Shown: piece by piece, positions 51,264-61,098 of the stretch
Layout: every line of letters begins with the position of its first letter
Position numbering within the stretch: position 1 is the stretch's first letter
From: Smithellaceae bacterium
Lineage (GTDB): Bacteria; Desulfobacterota; Syntrophia; Syntrophales; Smithellaceae
Assembly: GCA_963667845.2 (NCBI GenBank)
Contig: CAXXVL010000002.1
Span: 992,001-1,056,000, forward strand
Direction: 5' to 3'
DNA length: 64,000 nt
Made by a program: the position numbers and the translations under genes
The notes under the pieces: generated by a model
Database searches by the model: none
The model's input: the letters and a program-made list of their open reading frames with translations, nothing else
Told to the model about the DNA's origin: nothing

Positions 51264-51718
51264 GCGCTATGGCTGTTAACTTCGATGAGCTTCAGATTGG
51301 AGACGCCATACCGGCTTATACGGCTGCGCCCATAACGCGTACGCACCTTGTGCGCTATGCCGGCGCTTCCGGTGACTTTAATCCCCTGCACCACGATGAG
51401 ACGTTTGCCAAAGCGATCGGCATGGACCAGGTCATCGCCCACGGCATGTTTATTATGGGTATTGCGGGCGAAGCGATCACCTCCTGGATCGATTATAAAT
51501 ACTTAAGAAGATTCTCTGTGCATTTCCTGAGCATGACCCATCCGGTTGATCTGGATGATTTTGAGAACACCAAAGGCCGCGCAACCATTACTGTGAGCGG
51601 CAAAGTGATAGAAAAATACGAAGAGAACGGTGAAAAAAGAATCCGCTGCGAAATTATTGCCCTGGATGCTAAGGGCAGCAGAAAACTCACGGGTTTTTTC
51701 GTGGTCGCAATTCCCTGA
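51260..51718 (+). CDS. MaoC family (R)-hydratase/dehydratase (HadB-like)
   Basis: Hydratase-2 motif YAGASGDFNPLHHD, IAHGM; ATGA overlap with the upstream gene. Confidence 0.9.
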   Translation: MSAMAVNFDELQIGDAIPAYTAAPITRTHLVRYAGASGDFNPLHHDETFAKAIGMDQVIAHGMFIMGIAGEAITSWIDYKYLRRFSVHFLSMTHPVDLDDFENTKGRATITVSGKVIEKYEENGEKRIRCEIIALDAKGSRKLTGFFVVAIP

Positions 51719-51750
51719 TTGTCCCCGTCGCAAAAAGCAGCAGGTGTTCA

Positions 51751-53085
51751 ATGAAAGCCCGCATATTGGTTATTGATGATGACGCTGTCGCATGTGAATT
51801 TCTGCAGGAAGTTCTGCTACGCGACGGCTATGATGTCGACGCATTTACGTCTGCCCAGACTGCTCTGGAACGAAACCTGTCCGAATATGATTTGCTCATG
51901 TCCGATATCCGCATGCCGGGCATGGACGGCCTGCAATTCCTGGGTGAAGTTCAAAAGAAATGGCCGAACCTTCCCGTCATTCTAATGACCGCCTATGGAT
52001 CTCTGGAGACCACCATGGAAGCGATCAGCATGGGTGCCTGGGACTATATCAGCAAACCCTTTTCACCCGATGATTGCCGCGCCCTTGTCAAAAAGGTCCT
52101 GGAGGTTCGGGAGTTAAGGGAACGACGATCTGATGGACCGCTTGCCGCCATCGAGGAAGCCAAGCTGATTGGCTCTTCGTCCATCATGGTGGAGTTCTAC
52201 AAACAGATTGCCCGCGTTGCCGATTCCCAGGCGAGTGTCCTCATCGAAGGTGAAAGCGGAACCGGTAAGGAGCTGACCGCGCGTTCCCTGCATTCAATGT
52301 CTTTGCGGCGTCAAAAGCCTTTCGTGGTCGTTCATTGCGGTGCCATTCCGGATAACTTGCTCGAGTCGGAGTTATTCGGCTATGAAAGAGGATCTTTCAC
52401 CGGCGCGGATCATCAGCATGTCGGTCTTATTGAATCTGCAGAGGGCGGAACGATTTTCCTGGATGAGATTACGGAAATGTCCACGGCGCTGCAGAGCAAA
52501 TTGTTAAGATTCATGCAGGATGGAGAAGTCCGCAGAATCGGCGGAAATGAAGTGCGTCATGTCACCGTCCGCGTCGTTGCCGCTGCAAACAAAAATATCG
52601 ACGATGAAGTCGGTGCGGGACATTTTCGCCTTGATCTCCTGTATCGTTTCATCGTTCGTCTGCACATTCCGCCATTGCGCGACCGCCGGGCGGATGTACC
52701 GCTGCTGATCGAAGCGATGCTCAAGAAACTGGGATATCCGAGTGTGCGTGTCTCGCCGGAAGCCGTCGAATTACTCATGGCTTATGACTGGCCGGGTAAT
52801 GTAAGGGAATTGGAAAATGTCTTGCAGCAGACGCTGTTGCTTTCTCCTTTTATCGTTATCCTGCCTGAGAATTTGCCGGATCGGTTCCGGCCGACGGCGA
52901 ATGCTCCCAGAGGTGCGGAACTGCCGGAAATGACGCCGCTGGCTGAAGTGCAGAGGGAACAAATTCTTCAGACCCTGAGAAAAACGTCCTGGAATCAAAC
53001 GAAAGCCGCTGAAATTTTGGGCATTGACCGGAAAACATTGCGCATGAAAATCCGTCGCTACGGTCTGCAACAAGATGAAAAATAA
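51751..53085 (+). CDS. Sigma54-dependent response regulator (NtrC family)
   Basis: REC domain (VIDDD, DIRMP), GESGTGKE, ESELFG, GSFTGA, WPGNVREL, Fis-type HTH. Confidence 0.95.
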   Translation: MKARILVIDDDAVACEFLQEVLLRDGYDVDAFTSAQTALERNLSEYDLLMSDIRMPGMDGLQFLGEVQKKWPNLPVILMTAYGSLETTMEAISMGAWDYISKPFSPDDCRALVKKVLEVRELRERRSDGPLAAIEEAKLIGSSSIMVEFYKQIARVADSQASVLIEGESGTGKELTARSLHSMSLRRQKPFVVVHCGAIPDNLLESELFGYERGSFTGADHQHVGLIESAEGGTIFLDEITEMSTALQSKLLRFMQDGEVRRIGGNEVRHVTVRVVAAANKNIDDEVGAGHFRLDLLYRFIVRLHIPPLRDRRADVPLLIEAMLKKLGYPSVRVSPEAVELLMAYDWPGNVRELENVLQQTLLLSPFIVILPENLPDRFRPTANAPRGAELPEMTPLAEVQREQILQTLRKTSWNQTKAAEILGIDRKTLRMKIRRYGLQQDEK

Positions 53086-53097
53086 AAGTTCTGCGCC

Positions 53098-54642
53098 TTA
53101 ATCAAATGTATCTTCTGCCATCCGGAGAAAGAGGATGACGGAAGTGCCACTCCCGGGGGTGCTTTGAATGTCCATGTGGCCGCCATGCGCCTTGATGATG
53201 TCGCGAACGATGGCGAGTCCCAGACCGCGCATGCCTTCATCCGTATGCGAGCTGAAGAAAGGTTCGCAGACTTTTTCCAGAAGGTCGGTGGCTATACCTT
53301 TCCCGCTGTCCGCAATCAGGATTCTTATCGTTCGTGCGGCACGATCATCCTCGGCGGATATGGTGATCCTGCCTCCATCAGGCATGGCTTCGATGGAATT
53401 CTGAATGATGTTCAACAGTGCCGTCTGAATCCTGTAACGATCGACATATAAGGAGGAGGTTGACCGGTCGATATGCGTTTCAATACTTATGTGGCTCTTT
53501 TGTATCAGCGGCTCAACCAGCGGCAGGGTCTCGCTTAATATTTTAGAGACGGTCATTAATTCGAAATGAGGTTCGGGAAGACGCGTAGCTTTGCGCACAT
53601 TTTGAATAACATTGTCCAGTCTCTGCGTCTGCTCTACAATCAGATTCAGCTTATGGGCGACGTCCGGAGGCCAGCCCTCCCGCTCCAGCATTAGCCTCGC
53701 GAGCCCGGCAATGGAATGCAGGGGCGTCCCCAAATCGTGAGCCAGATTGGCCGTCAAATGTCCCAGTGCCGTCAATTGTTTTAAATCATCAACCTGTTTT
53801 TGCAGCTGAACCACATTGAGCGTCTCCTCACGAACGCGATCCGCCAGATGGCTGGTCAAATCCAGGTTTCTGGCCATGACATTTTGAATTTCGTCGGCCA
53901 TTTGATTGAAGTGATGGGCTAATTGTCCCCATTCATCTTCCCGGATAATGGGGATACGTTCGACATATCGCCCTTTCTGAAATTCATCAATTGTGCCGAT
54001 AATTGTTTTGAGCGGCCGCCCGATTAGCCAGCCATAGCTGATGCCCAGGAGTAAAAGGATAGCCAGCAAAAGTCCGGCACTGCTGAAAAACAATAGCTGC
54101 CGGGCACGGCCCATGATTTCTGCATTTGCTCTCGAAAAAGCTATAATGCCGACGATAATGCGAGAATCTTTCGTGTCACCGGAAACCGGATAAAGCAAAC
54201 CAACCGATGGCCCTGCTTCCGTTTCGAGTTTTACAAATCTGGATTTTCCTTTAGCGCTGACCTCGGAAACGATGGTATCCGGCCATTCATATTGAACGCG
54301 GCTGGATCCTGCGACATAATTGATATTATTGCGACGCGTGTCGAAGATGTCGATGCGGGCCAGGCGTACATCAGACTGAATATGATCTTTCAATGCGGAA
54401 TCAAGGGCGGCAATGCCATGCCTGGTCGGGAAGTGCTGATAAAACGTGCTGACAGTTTCGGCAACGCCTTCCAATCTTTTGACCTGCTGATCTACCAGGA
54501 TTCTATCCAGAGCAGAGAGTTGAATCATCCCCCAGATAGCCATGGTGATGGCGAGTCCCGCTATGGTCAAAGCAACAAGTTTGAACCGAACGGTCAAATT
54601 GCTACTATAGTCAATTATTTTTGCCAATAATGTTTTTAACAT
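53098..54642 (-). CDS. Membrane sensor histidine kinase (TM-periplasmic-TM-HAMP-HisKA-HATPase)
   Basis: DEWGQLAHHFNQM, AHDLGTPL, NIIQNSIEA, DSGKG, GLGL; start uncertain (54642 or 54654; the ORF-track start 54738 overlaps a terminator). Confidence 0.93.
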   Translation of the reverse strand: MLKTLLAKIIDYSSNLTVRFKLVALTIAGLAITMAIWGMIQLSALDRILVDQQVKRLEGVAETVSTFYQHFPTRHGIAALDSALKDHIQSDVRLARIDIFDTRRNNINYVAGSSRVQYEWPDTIVSEVSAKGKSRFVKLETEAGPSVGLLYPVSGDTKDSRIIVGIIAFSRANAEIMGRARQLLFFSSAGLLLAILLLLGISYGWLIGRPLKTIIGTIDEFQKGRYVERIPIIREDEWGQLAHHFNQMADEIQNVMARNLDLTSHLADRVREETLNVVQLQKQVDDLKQLTALGHLTANLAHDLGTPLHSIAGLARLMLEREGWPPDVAHKLNLIVEQTQRLDNVIQNVRKATRLPEPHFELMTVSKILSETLPLVEPLIQKSHISIETHIDRSTSSLYVDRYRIQTALLNIIQNSIEAMPDGGRITISAEDDRAARTIRILIADSGKGIATDLLEKVCEPFFSSHTDEGMRGLGLAIVRDIIKAHGGHMDIQSTPGSGTSVILFLRMAEDTFD

Positions 54643-54736
54643 CGCAAGATTCATAGCAGAAAGATCGAAAATAAACCATGATGAGTTTGATGAAGACGCA
54701 TAGGCCTGAGCAGAGATTGCTGAAATCAAAATGCAC

Positions 54737-54769
54737 AAAAAAGGGATGAGCTTTCGCCCATCCCTTTTT
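54737..54769 (-). terminator. Intrinsic terminator after the Lys/Ala-rich gene
   Basis: Minus strand GGGATGGGC-GAAA-GCTCATCCC-T6. Confidence 0.85.
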
Positions 54770-54793
54770 GTACGTCAATAAGTTTTGTAAAAC

Positions 54794-55042
54794 TTATTTT
54801 GCGGCCGGAGTTGCAGGAGCTTCTTCTTTCTTCATTTCGTCTTTCTTTGCGGCCTTCTTTGCTTTCTTTGCTTTCTTTGCAGCAGGCTTCTTGTCCATCT
54901 TCTTGTCTGCATCCGGGGTTGCTTTGTCGGCTGCTACGGCCTTATCGGCGGGAGCTGCGGGTGCGGCTGCCTTATCGGCTGCGATTACGGACATCGAAAA
55001 TGCAAAAACCAATGCTACGGCTAACAATACAATACGCTTCAT
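54794..55042 (-). CDS. Small secreted Lys/Ala-rich low-complexity protein
   Basis: AAGGAGG RBS, signal peptide, ADK and KKAKKAKK repeats. Confidence 0.85.
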   Translation of the reverse strand: MKRIVLLAVALVFAFSMSVIAADKAAAPAAPADKAVAADKATPDADKKMDKKPAAKKAKKAKKAAKKDEMKKEEAPATPAAK

Positions 55043-55124
55043 CTTAAAATCCTCCTTGTTAATAGTTTTTTTATTAACCCCCAAGAGTTTCTTAGGGGAC
55101 TCCACCTATAGAAAAGCATCACAC

Positions 55125-55541
55125 TTACTTCGTTACTGATGCCGGTTTCTCTTTATCCTGCTTTATCCCGTTTTTGCCGGGACCCTTTACTGCCCCCAGC
55201 TTTGCTACCCTGGCTGCCGTCAGCCTTCCATCCTTTATGTTGTAGTCAATTTTTACGGAGTCATTGACAGTAACATCCTTTACAGGAACGTCCAGCGCGA
55301 ACTCCATGATCTCCACATTGCCCTTGATACTGCGCTCGATTTTAATAGCCGTATCCGAAATTTCTACAACTTTCCCCCGGGCATTCATTTTCGCCGTCTT
55401 AACGTTTGTTGTTTTGAGCACAACACCCTGGTTTGATTCTTTAACAGGTTTATCGGCCGCAACGGCAAATGCAGCCAAAAGACAAATTACCCCTGCTATA
55501 CAAACCAAAGCTTTCTTCATTAACTGCGATCTCCCGATCAT
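55125..55541 (-). CDS. Small secreted protein, probable OB-fold-like beta domain
   Basis: AGGAG RBS, signal peptide ending AVA, GKVVEIS...VNDSVKIDY pattern (alternative start 55520). Confidence 0.75.
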   Translation of the reverse strand: MIGRSQLMKKALVCIAGVICLLAAFAVAADKPVKESNQGVVLKTTNVKTAKMNARGKVVEISDTAIKIERSIKGNVEIMEFALDVPVKDVTVNDSVKIDYNIKDGRLTAARVAKLGAVKGPGKNGIKQDKEKPASVTK

Positions 55542-55556
55542 TTCTGTCTCCTATTT

Positions 55557-55573
55557 AGCAACGGGCATGCCAA
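55557..55573 (-). promoter_or_regulatory. Sigma54 -24/-12 promoter
   Basis: Minus strand TTGGCATGCCCGTTGCT matches TGGCAC-N5-TTGC. Confidence 0.85.
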
Positions 55574-55668
55574 TTCTCATGCTAAGCAAATTATCTTTTA
55601 TCTTATTGTATTTAAATGATAAATATTTATTGCCGGTTTTGCTTCGATCTATAAGAAACCAGTCGGCA

Positions 55669-55683
55669 GGGGAATAACTCCCC
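55669..55683. promoter_or_regulatory. Candidate upstream activator site for the sigma54 promoter
   Basis: Palindrome GGGGA-ATAAC-TCCCC about 100 bp upstream of -24, beyond an AT-rich tract. Confidence 0.45.
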
Positions 55684-55723
55684 AGTGCAGGCGAGAAATG
55701 CATCAATGCCCATAAAAGTCTGC

Positions 55724-56779
55724 TTAAGCCAGTCGGCGATAAATCCAGCAATGCAGATAAAAGAAAATTGCCTCGCGACCGCCCAGACTCAGGAGATTTT
55801 TCGAGATGATCCGAACATCCTTCTGCCTGGAGACTTTATGATCGGCCAGATAGATACTCAGGAGACCACGCGTAATTAAGCGGTGAAATTTTGCATTCGG
55901 TAAACTCGCAACACTCGCCTGCGCCTCGGTGTAAAAATGGCTGAGCCCTCGCGACAGGTGTTCATCATTTGCATAAAAAGAACAGAAATTGAGATCAAGA
56001 CCGGCGCGGTCTTCTTCCTGATCGATCAGATAATCCAGAAGAATGTGTAATCCCTGAACCCACGGGAAATAAGCATTCTTGATTCGGGCAACAAGCGCTT
56101 CCGTTGTTGCCCGATTGAATAGTTGCGAGACGATGCAAAAAATCCCAAGTGTTGAACCGGTGCAGGCGGCAAATTCATACCAAACCATCTGAGGTAATTG
56201 TTTTTCATGTTTGGCAAACCATGCCTGCAGACGCGGCACACGTTCATCTTTTTGGACGTGTTTATGGACCTGTAAATCAATATATAAACGGGCCAGTTCG
56301 AGGAGGGCGGCCGCACCCCGGTGGTAGTTGGGGAGATGACCCAAAATATCCTGGCACGTCTTTACCAGTTCGGTTAGGTAGCCGCCGTCATCCCGTTCAC
56401 GGCGGAAGCGGTAATAATCGGTAACAGATTCATTCGGTGTCAGGGCATGCAACATAGATTCATGTAATGCACGGAAATCTTCCGGACTTTGTGAAGTACT
56501 GCGGTCACAGAGATTATCCAGATAGTCACTAATCGTCTGATAAGCAACGATGAATTTAATCGCTTCCTTATATTCATTTCCGGCCAGCAAACCGTACAGA
56601 GAACCCCCTTCACAATGGAATGTCTTGGTCTCAATGCTGGCTGTCGCCTGGTGACGCAGTTCCGGGTCGGGAATGTTTTGGGCACGCGCCTTCCAATGTC
56701 GCAGACAGGCGTGAGTTATCGGCTGCACTATCAAAAATGTTTTTGTCGTCAGTGATATAAGATTAGTTGGTACCGGCAA
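55724..56779 (-). CDS. ytpB: Tetraprenyl-beta-curcumene synthase family protein (YtpB/DUF2600)
   Basis: KTFHCEGG, AYQTISDYLDNLCDRS, DLQVHKH, WYEFAACTGSTLG, LHILLDYLIDQEED; TTG 56779 with AGGAG RBS. Confidence 0.9.
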   Translation of the reverse strand: MPVPTNLISLTTKTFLIVQPITHACLRHWKARAQNIPDPELRHQATASIETKTFHCEGGSLYGLLAGNEYKEAIKFIVAYQTISDYLDNLCDRSTSQSPEDFRALHESMLHALTPNESVTDYYRFRRERDDGGYLTELVKTCQDILGHLPNYHRGAAALLELARLYIDLQVHKHVQKDERVPRLQAWFAKHEKQLPQMVWYEFAACTGSTLGIFCIVSQLFNRATTEALVARIKNAYFPWVQGLHILLDYLIDQEEDRAGLDLNFCSFYANDEHLSRGLSHFYTEAQASVASLPNAKFHRLITRGLLSIYLADHKVSRQKDVRIISKNLLSLGGREAIFFYLHCWIYRRLA

Positions 56780-56894
56780 CCTGCTTCTCCTGTTCAAAAT
56801 TTAATTGGTGAATCTTTAACACACGTGCCGCCGTATAACAAGGCCGGTCAATTGACCATTTGACCGGCCTTGGCAATCTATGATAGTTTTTCTC

Positions 56895-58235
56895 ATGGGA
56901 AAAGACGCAGCAAGCGGTGATGTCGATGTTATTGTTGTCGGTGGTGGAGCGGCGGGGCTGATGGCTGCCGGGAGCGCAGCCCGCCACGGTGTCCGAGTGT
57001 TGCTTCTGGAAAAAAATGATCGTCTCGGCAAGAAAATTCTGATCAGCGGCAAAACGCGGTGTAATTTGACCAATGCTGCAGACCTGCAATCGTTTCTTGG
57101 CATGTATGGTCCGAACGGCCGTTTTCTGCACAGCGCATTTTCCCGTTTTTTTCGTCCGGAGCTGCTCACATTTTTCGAGCAACACGGCCTCTCCACAAAG
57201 GTGGAGCGCGGCGGCAGGATTTTTCCCGTCTCCGACGACGCCCGCGACGTCGTTTGCGTCTTCCAAAAATATCTGGCTGAAAATAACGTCCGCACAATTT
57301 TCAATTCTCGAGTCATTGCTGTTCTGCATGATAAAGATGGCCGATTTATCGTTCAAACGACGGACGGTCATTATCAAACCCCGTGCGTGATCATTGCGAC
57401 CGGCGGCGCTTCGTGGCCGGCGACCGGTTCCACCGGCGACGGTTATACCATCAGTGCGGCGCTCGGGCACCGGATCATCGCACCTAAACCGGCCCTGGTG
57501 CCTCTGATTGTCCATGAACAGAGACTTGCGAAATCCATGCAGGGAGTCTCTCTGCGGAATGTCCGGGCTACTGCATTTCAAGGGGAAGCGGCAGCAATTG
57601 ACTCAACGCTTGTTCCCGGTCTGGATTATGGCCGGGGTGAAAAGAAGATTGCCCGGTTGCCGATTATTGAGAGCCGGTTTGGAGAAATGCTGTTCACGCA
57701 CTTCGGGCTGGGCGGACCGATCATTCTGCTCATGAGCCTGGCTGTTGTTGAAGCTCTGGAAAAGGGGTCTGTTGCCGTCCTGATCGATTTAAAGCCCGCG
57801 CTGACCAAAGATCAATTGCGAAAACGGCTTCAATCGGATTTAAATAAATTCAGCAAAAGGAGAATGGCGGGCATTCTGAAAGAATATTTACCGGCAAAGA
57901 TGATTGAACCTTTGATTGCTCTTTCCGGAATTGATGAAGAGAAACAGGCGCATCAGATGGACGCCGCCGATCGGGGGAAAATTATTGATTTACTCAAAGC
58001 ATTGCGATTCAATATAAAATCGCCTCTGCCGCTTGAAAGAGCTATTGTGACGGCAGGCGGGGTCGCGCTCGACGAAATTGATCCGCGAACGATGTCATCG
58101 AGAAAGCAAGCCGGTCTCTATTTCTGCGGTGAGCTGATGGATATTGATGCGGATACGGGAGGCTACAATTTGCAGGCGGCGTTTTCGACGGGCTACATCG
58201 CAGGAGAAAACGCCGCCGCTTTTGCAAGCAGGTGA
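56895..58235 (+). CDS. HI0933/YhiN/BaiN family FAD-dependent oxidoreductase
   Basis: GGGAAG, GKKILISGKTRCNLTN, ATGG, GSTGDG, LFTHFG, TGGYNLQ (alternative start 56880). Confidence 0.93.
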   Translation: MGKDAASGDVDVIVVGGGAAGLMAAGSAARHGVRVLLLEKNDRLGKKILISGKTRCNLTNAADLQSFLGMYGPNGRFLHSAFSRFFRPELLTFFEQHGLSTKVERGGRIFPVSDDARDVVCVFQKYLAENNVRTIFNSRVIAVLHDKDGRFIVQTTDGHYQTPCVIIATGGASWPATGSTGDGYTISAALGHRIIAPKPALVPLIVHEQRLAKSMQGVSLRNVRATAFQGEAAAIDSTLVPGLDYGRGEKKIARLPIIESRFGEMLFTHFGLGGPIILLMSLAVVEALEKGSVAVLIDLKPALTKDQLRKRLQSDLNKFSKRRMAGILKEYLPAKMIEPLIALSGIDEEKQAHQMDAADRGKIIDLLKALRFNIKSPLPLERAIVTAGGVALDEIDPRTMSSRKQAGLYFCGELMDIDADTGGYNLQAAFSTGYIAGENAAAFASR

Positions 58236-58361
58236 GCAAACGGATTGCCGCTTTGTTGGGTGGCTGAGGCGGACCGATCTCCGCATCATGACGTATCAAC
58301 GGAATAATATCGAGACTCCGTAGAGTCAAACAGCTTAACCCGGAATAATGAAGAGGAGTGA

Positions 58362-59747
58362 ATGATGGCAGAAAACGACATAAAAGGGAAAGGCACGGTT
58401 ATCGCCAATAAATTTCTGCTTCGCTGCCACAATTTACGGGTCATGTTCGGGGAGACATTCGGTCTTGGTCCCGGCGCCACGCTGGCGGCTATTATTTTTA
58501 CCGCTCTTGTCTTAATGATCGCCGCGTTCTGGTTCTTTTACTCTGCGCCGCCCAATACGATTATCATCACCAGCGGCGATCAGGGCAGTCTCTTCCAAAG
58601 GAATGCCGAAAAGTATGAAAAGATTCTGGCGCGCAAGGGCGTGAAACTTAAGATTCTTCCTTCCGAAGGATCTTTGGAAAATCTGAAGCGTCTGGCTGAT
58701 CCCAAATTTCGCGTCGATGTTGGATTTGTGCAAGCGGGTGTGGCTAAGGGACAAAACATAGATAACCTGGTTTCTCTGGGCAGTATTTCCTATGAGCCAC
58801 TCTATTTATTCTGCCGGGCGGATCAACCGTATAAACTTCTGTCCCATTTCAGTGGGAAGAAGCTGGCGATCGGTGAAGAGGGCACTGGGACAAATGTACT
58901 GGCACTCACCCTTCTGGAACTAAACGGTATCAAGCCCGGCGGCGCGACGACATTATTAGAGATGGATGACGAGGAAGCAGAAAAGGCTCTTCTGGAGAAG
59001 AAGATCGACGGGGCATTCATGATGGCCGATTCCGCCGCTTCGAAGACCATGCGCGACCTGCTCCGAGAGCCCGGGATAACGGCTTTTCATTTTTCACAGG
59101 CGGACGCCTATACGCGCCGCATCAAGTATTTAAATAAACTGGTGCTCCTGGAAGGATCGATCGATTTCGGAAAGAATATTCCCGACCACAATATCAATCT
59201 GCTCAGTCCAACCGTTGAGCTGATAGCCCGGGCCGATCTGCATCCTGCGCTCTCCGACCTTCTTCTGGAAGCGGCAACAGAGGTACACAGCCGGGCCGGC
59301 CGCTATCAGCGGCAGGGCGAATTTCCGGCGCCGCTTGAGCACGAATACCGGATCAGCTCCGATGCACAGCGCTTTTACAAGTCAGGCAAGAGCTTCCTTT
59401 ACCGGTACTTGCCGTTCTCGATGGCCAGTCTTCTGAATCGGATTCTGGTGGTCATTGTGCCACTGATTCTGGTGCTGATTCCCGGACTCAAGAGCATCCC
59501 GGTCATCTATCGCTGGCGGATTCGTCTCCGCATCTTGCGCTGGTATCGCGCCTTATTAGTTTTGGAGGGCGACTTGGGTCAGGATGCGACATCCGAACAC
59601 CAGGCAAAACTGCTCAGAAGGCTCGATCAGATCGAAGAGAGCGTTAATAATATGAAAGTTGCGGCGTCCTTTGCCGATCAATTTTACGCCCTGCGCAGCC
59701 ACATCGCCATTGTCCGGGATCGATTGAAAGGCGGTACACCCTGCTGA
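58362..59747 (+). CDS. TAXI-family solute-binding protein, membrane anchored
   Basis: SEGSLENL, VGFVQ, YEPL, GEEGTGT; N- and C-terminal TM segments. Confidence 0.8.
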   Translation: MMAENDIKGKGTVIANKFLLRCHNLRVMFGETFGLGPGATLAAIIFTALVLMIAAFWFFYSAPPNTIIITSGDQGSLFQRNAEKYEKILARKGVKLKILPSEGSLENLKRLADPKFRVDVGFVQAGVAKGQNIDNLVSLGSISYEPLYLFCRADQPYKLLSHFSGKKLAIGEEGTGTNVLALTLLELNGIKPGGATTLLEMDDEEAEKALLEKKIDGAFMMADSAASKTMRDLLREPGITAFHFSQADAYTRRIKYLNKLVLLEGSIDFGKNIPDHNINLLSPTVELIARADLHPALSDLLLEAATEVHSRAGRYQRQGEFPAPLEHEYRISSDAQRFYKSGKSFLYRYLPFSMASLLNRILVVIVPLILVLIPGLKSIPVIYRWRIRLRILRWYRALLVLEGDLGQDATSEHQAKLLRRLDQIEESVNNMKVAASFADQFYALRSHIAIVRDRLKGGTPC

Positions 59748-61037
59748 TCAGACGGATTTTTTCGCGGCGGCTAGTCTTTTCGGTAATGTTTCCTTGACCA
59801 GGGTGCTGGCGATCACCGCAGCAAGCAGCGAGATCAGGCATATTTTGAACACAGCGGAATAGGCGTGAACCGGGTACTTACCGCTCACGGCACCGACTGA
59901 ATCCAGATACCAGCCGATAAGCGGCTGACCCAGGGCGGCGCCGGCAAAAGGGAAAATATTTAAGATGCCTGTCGCCGTACCGGATATCTGGATCGGGAAG
60001 GAATCTTTGACCGCCGAGTAACCGGCAACCACTATGCTGGACAGAGAAAAATTAAAGAAAAAAAACCATAAGTAAAGTTCAGCTTTTGTAAAGTCGCCCG
60101 TGAAAAAAGCCAGCAGCGCAAAAAGGCACAGACCGCTCAATTGACTGATCATCAGAATCTTCTTCCGGGAATGAAGGACGCTATGGGAGAGCCAGTTCCA
60201 GAAGGGTGCGCCGAAAATCAAGCCCATCGCCATCATGGATAAAACTCCGCCCGCCTGTGCCCGGGACATTCCATAGACATGCATCAGGAAGGGACCACCC
60301 CACAGTCCGTTGATGCTGAGTGATACAAGAGCGCCGAAAAAATTGCACATCGCCGTGGGCCAGAACAGACGGTTTTTAACGACGAGAAAAATTCCATCTA
60401 AAACACCGATCTTTTCCGTGCCGGCGGCATTGGACGGCGAGTAATCATTGAGGGGCGGGAAGCCGGATTGTCTGGGTGTGTCGCGGACCAGAAACCAGAT
60501 CAATCCCGCGATGATGAGCGTGAATGCTCCCATCAGGATCATGCTGCCGCGCCAGGTGATCGCATCGCTCATGAGCGCCAGGGGAGTAGCAGCCGAGAAA
60601 GCACCGATACCGCCCAGAGACATTAAAAGGCCGCTCATTCTCGAGAACTTGCTCCATTCAAACCAGTGGGTGAGAATCTTGAGCGTCGGAACAAAGACCA
60701 TCCCCGCGCCCATGCCGACAAGAACGCGCGCCACGATGGCGCCTCCCACGGTATGCGCCAATCCCAGCCCGACTGAACCTGCCGCAGCCAGCGCAAAGAA
60801 GAAAACGATTGACCGGCGCGGGCCCCAGGAATCAGACAAGAGGCCTGCTGGAATCTGCATCAGGGCGTAAGGGTAGAAATAAGCCGAAGCCAGGAGGCCC
60901 ATCAGGGCTCCGCCTGTTTTCAGATCGGTCATCATATCGACGGCGACAACCGCCGGAGCCAGCCGGTGGAAAAAAACGAGCAGATAGGCGGTTCCCAAAA
61001 GGACAAATATCAGATAACGGTATTTAACGAAACTCAT
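59748..61037 (-). CDS. MFS transporter
   Basis: About 12 hydrophobic segments; motif A-like GLLSDSWGPRR. Confidence 0.92.
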   Translation of the reverse strand: MSFVKYRYLIFVLLGTAYLLVFFHRLAPAVVAVDMMTDLKTGGALMGLLASAYFYPYALMQIPAGLLSDSWGPRRSIVFFFALAAAGSVGLGLAHTVGGAIVARVLVGMGAGMVFVPTLKILTHWFEWSKFSRMSGLLMSLGGIGAFSAATPLALMSDAITWRGSMILMGAFTLIIAGLIWFLVRDTPRQSGFPPLNDYSPSNAAGTEKIGVLDGIFLVVKNRLFWPTAMCNFFGALVSLSINGLWGGPFLMHVYGMSRAQAGGVLSMMAMGLIFGAPFWNWLSHSVLHSRKKILMISQLSGLCLFALLAFFTGDFTKAELYLWFFFFNFSLSSIVVAGYSAVKDSFPIQISGTATGILNIFPFAGAALGQPLIGWYLDSVGAVSGKYPVHAYSAVFKICLISLLAAVIASTLVKETLPKRLAAAKKSV

Positions 61038-61098
61038 GATGAAATGCCTGCGCGCAGACGATTAGCAAGTCTATGATCCGTTTTCCAAAGCCCCATGG

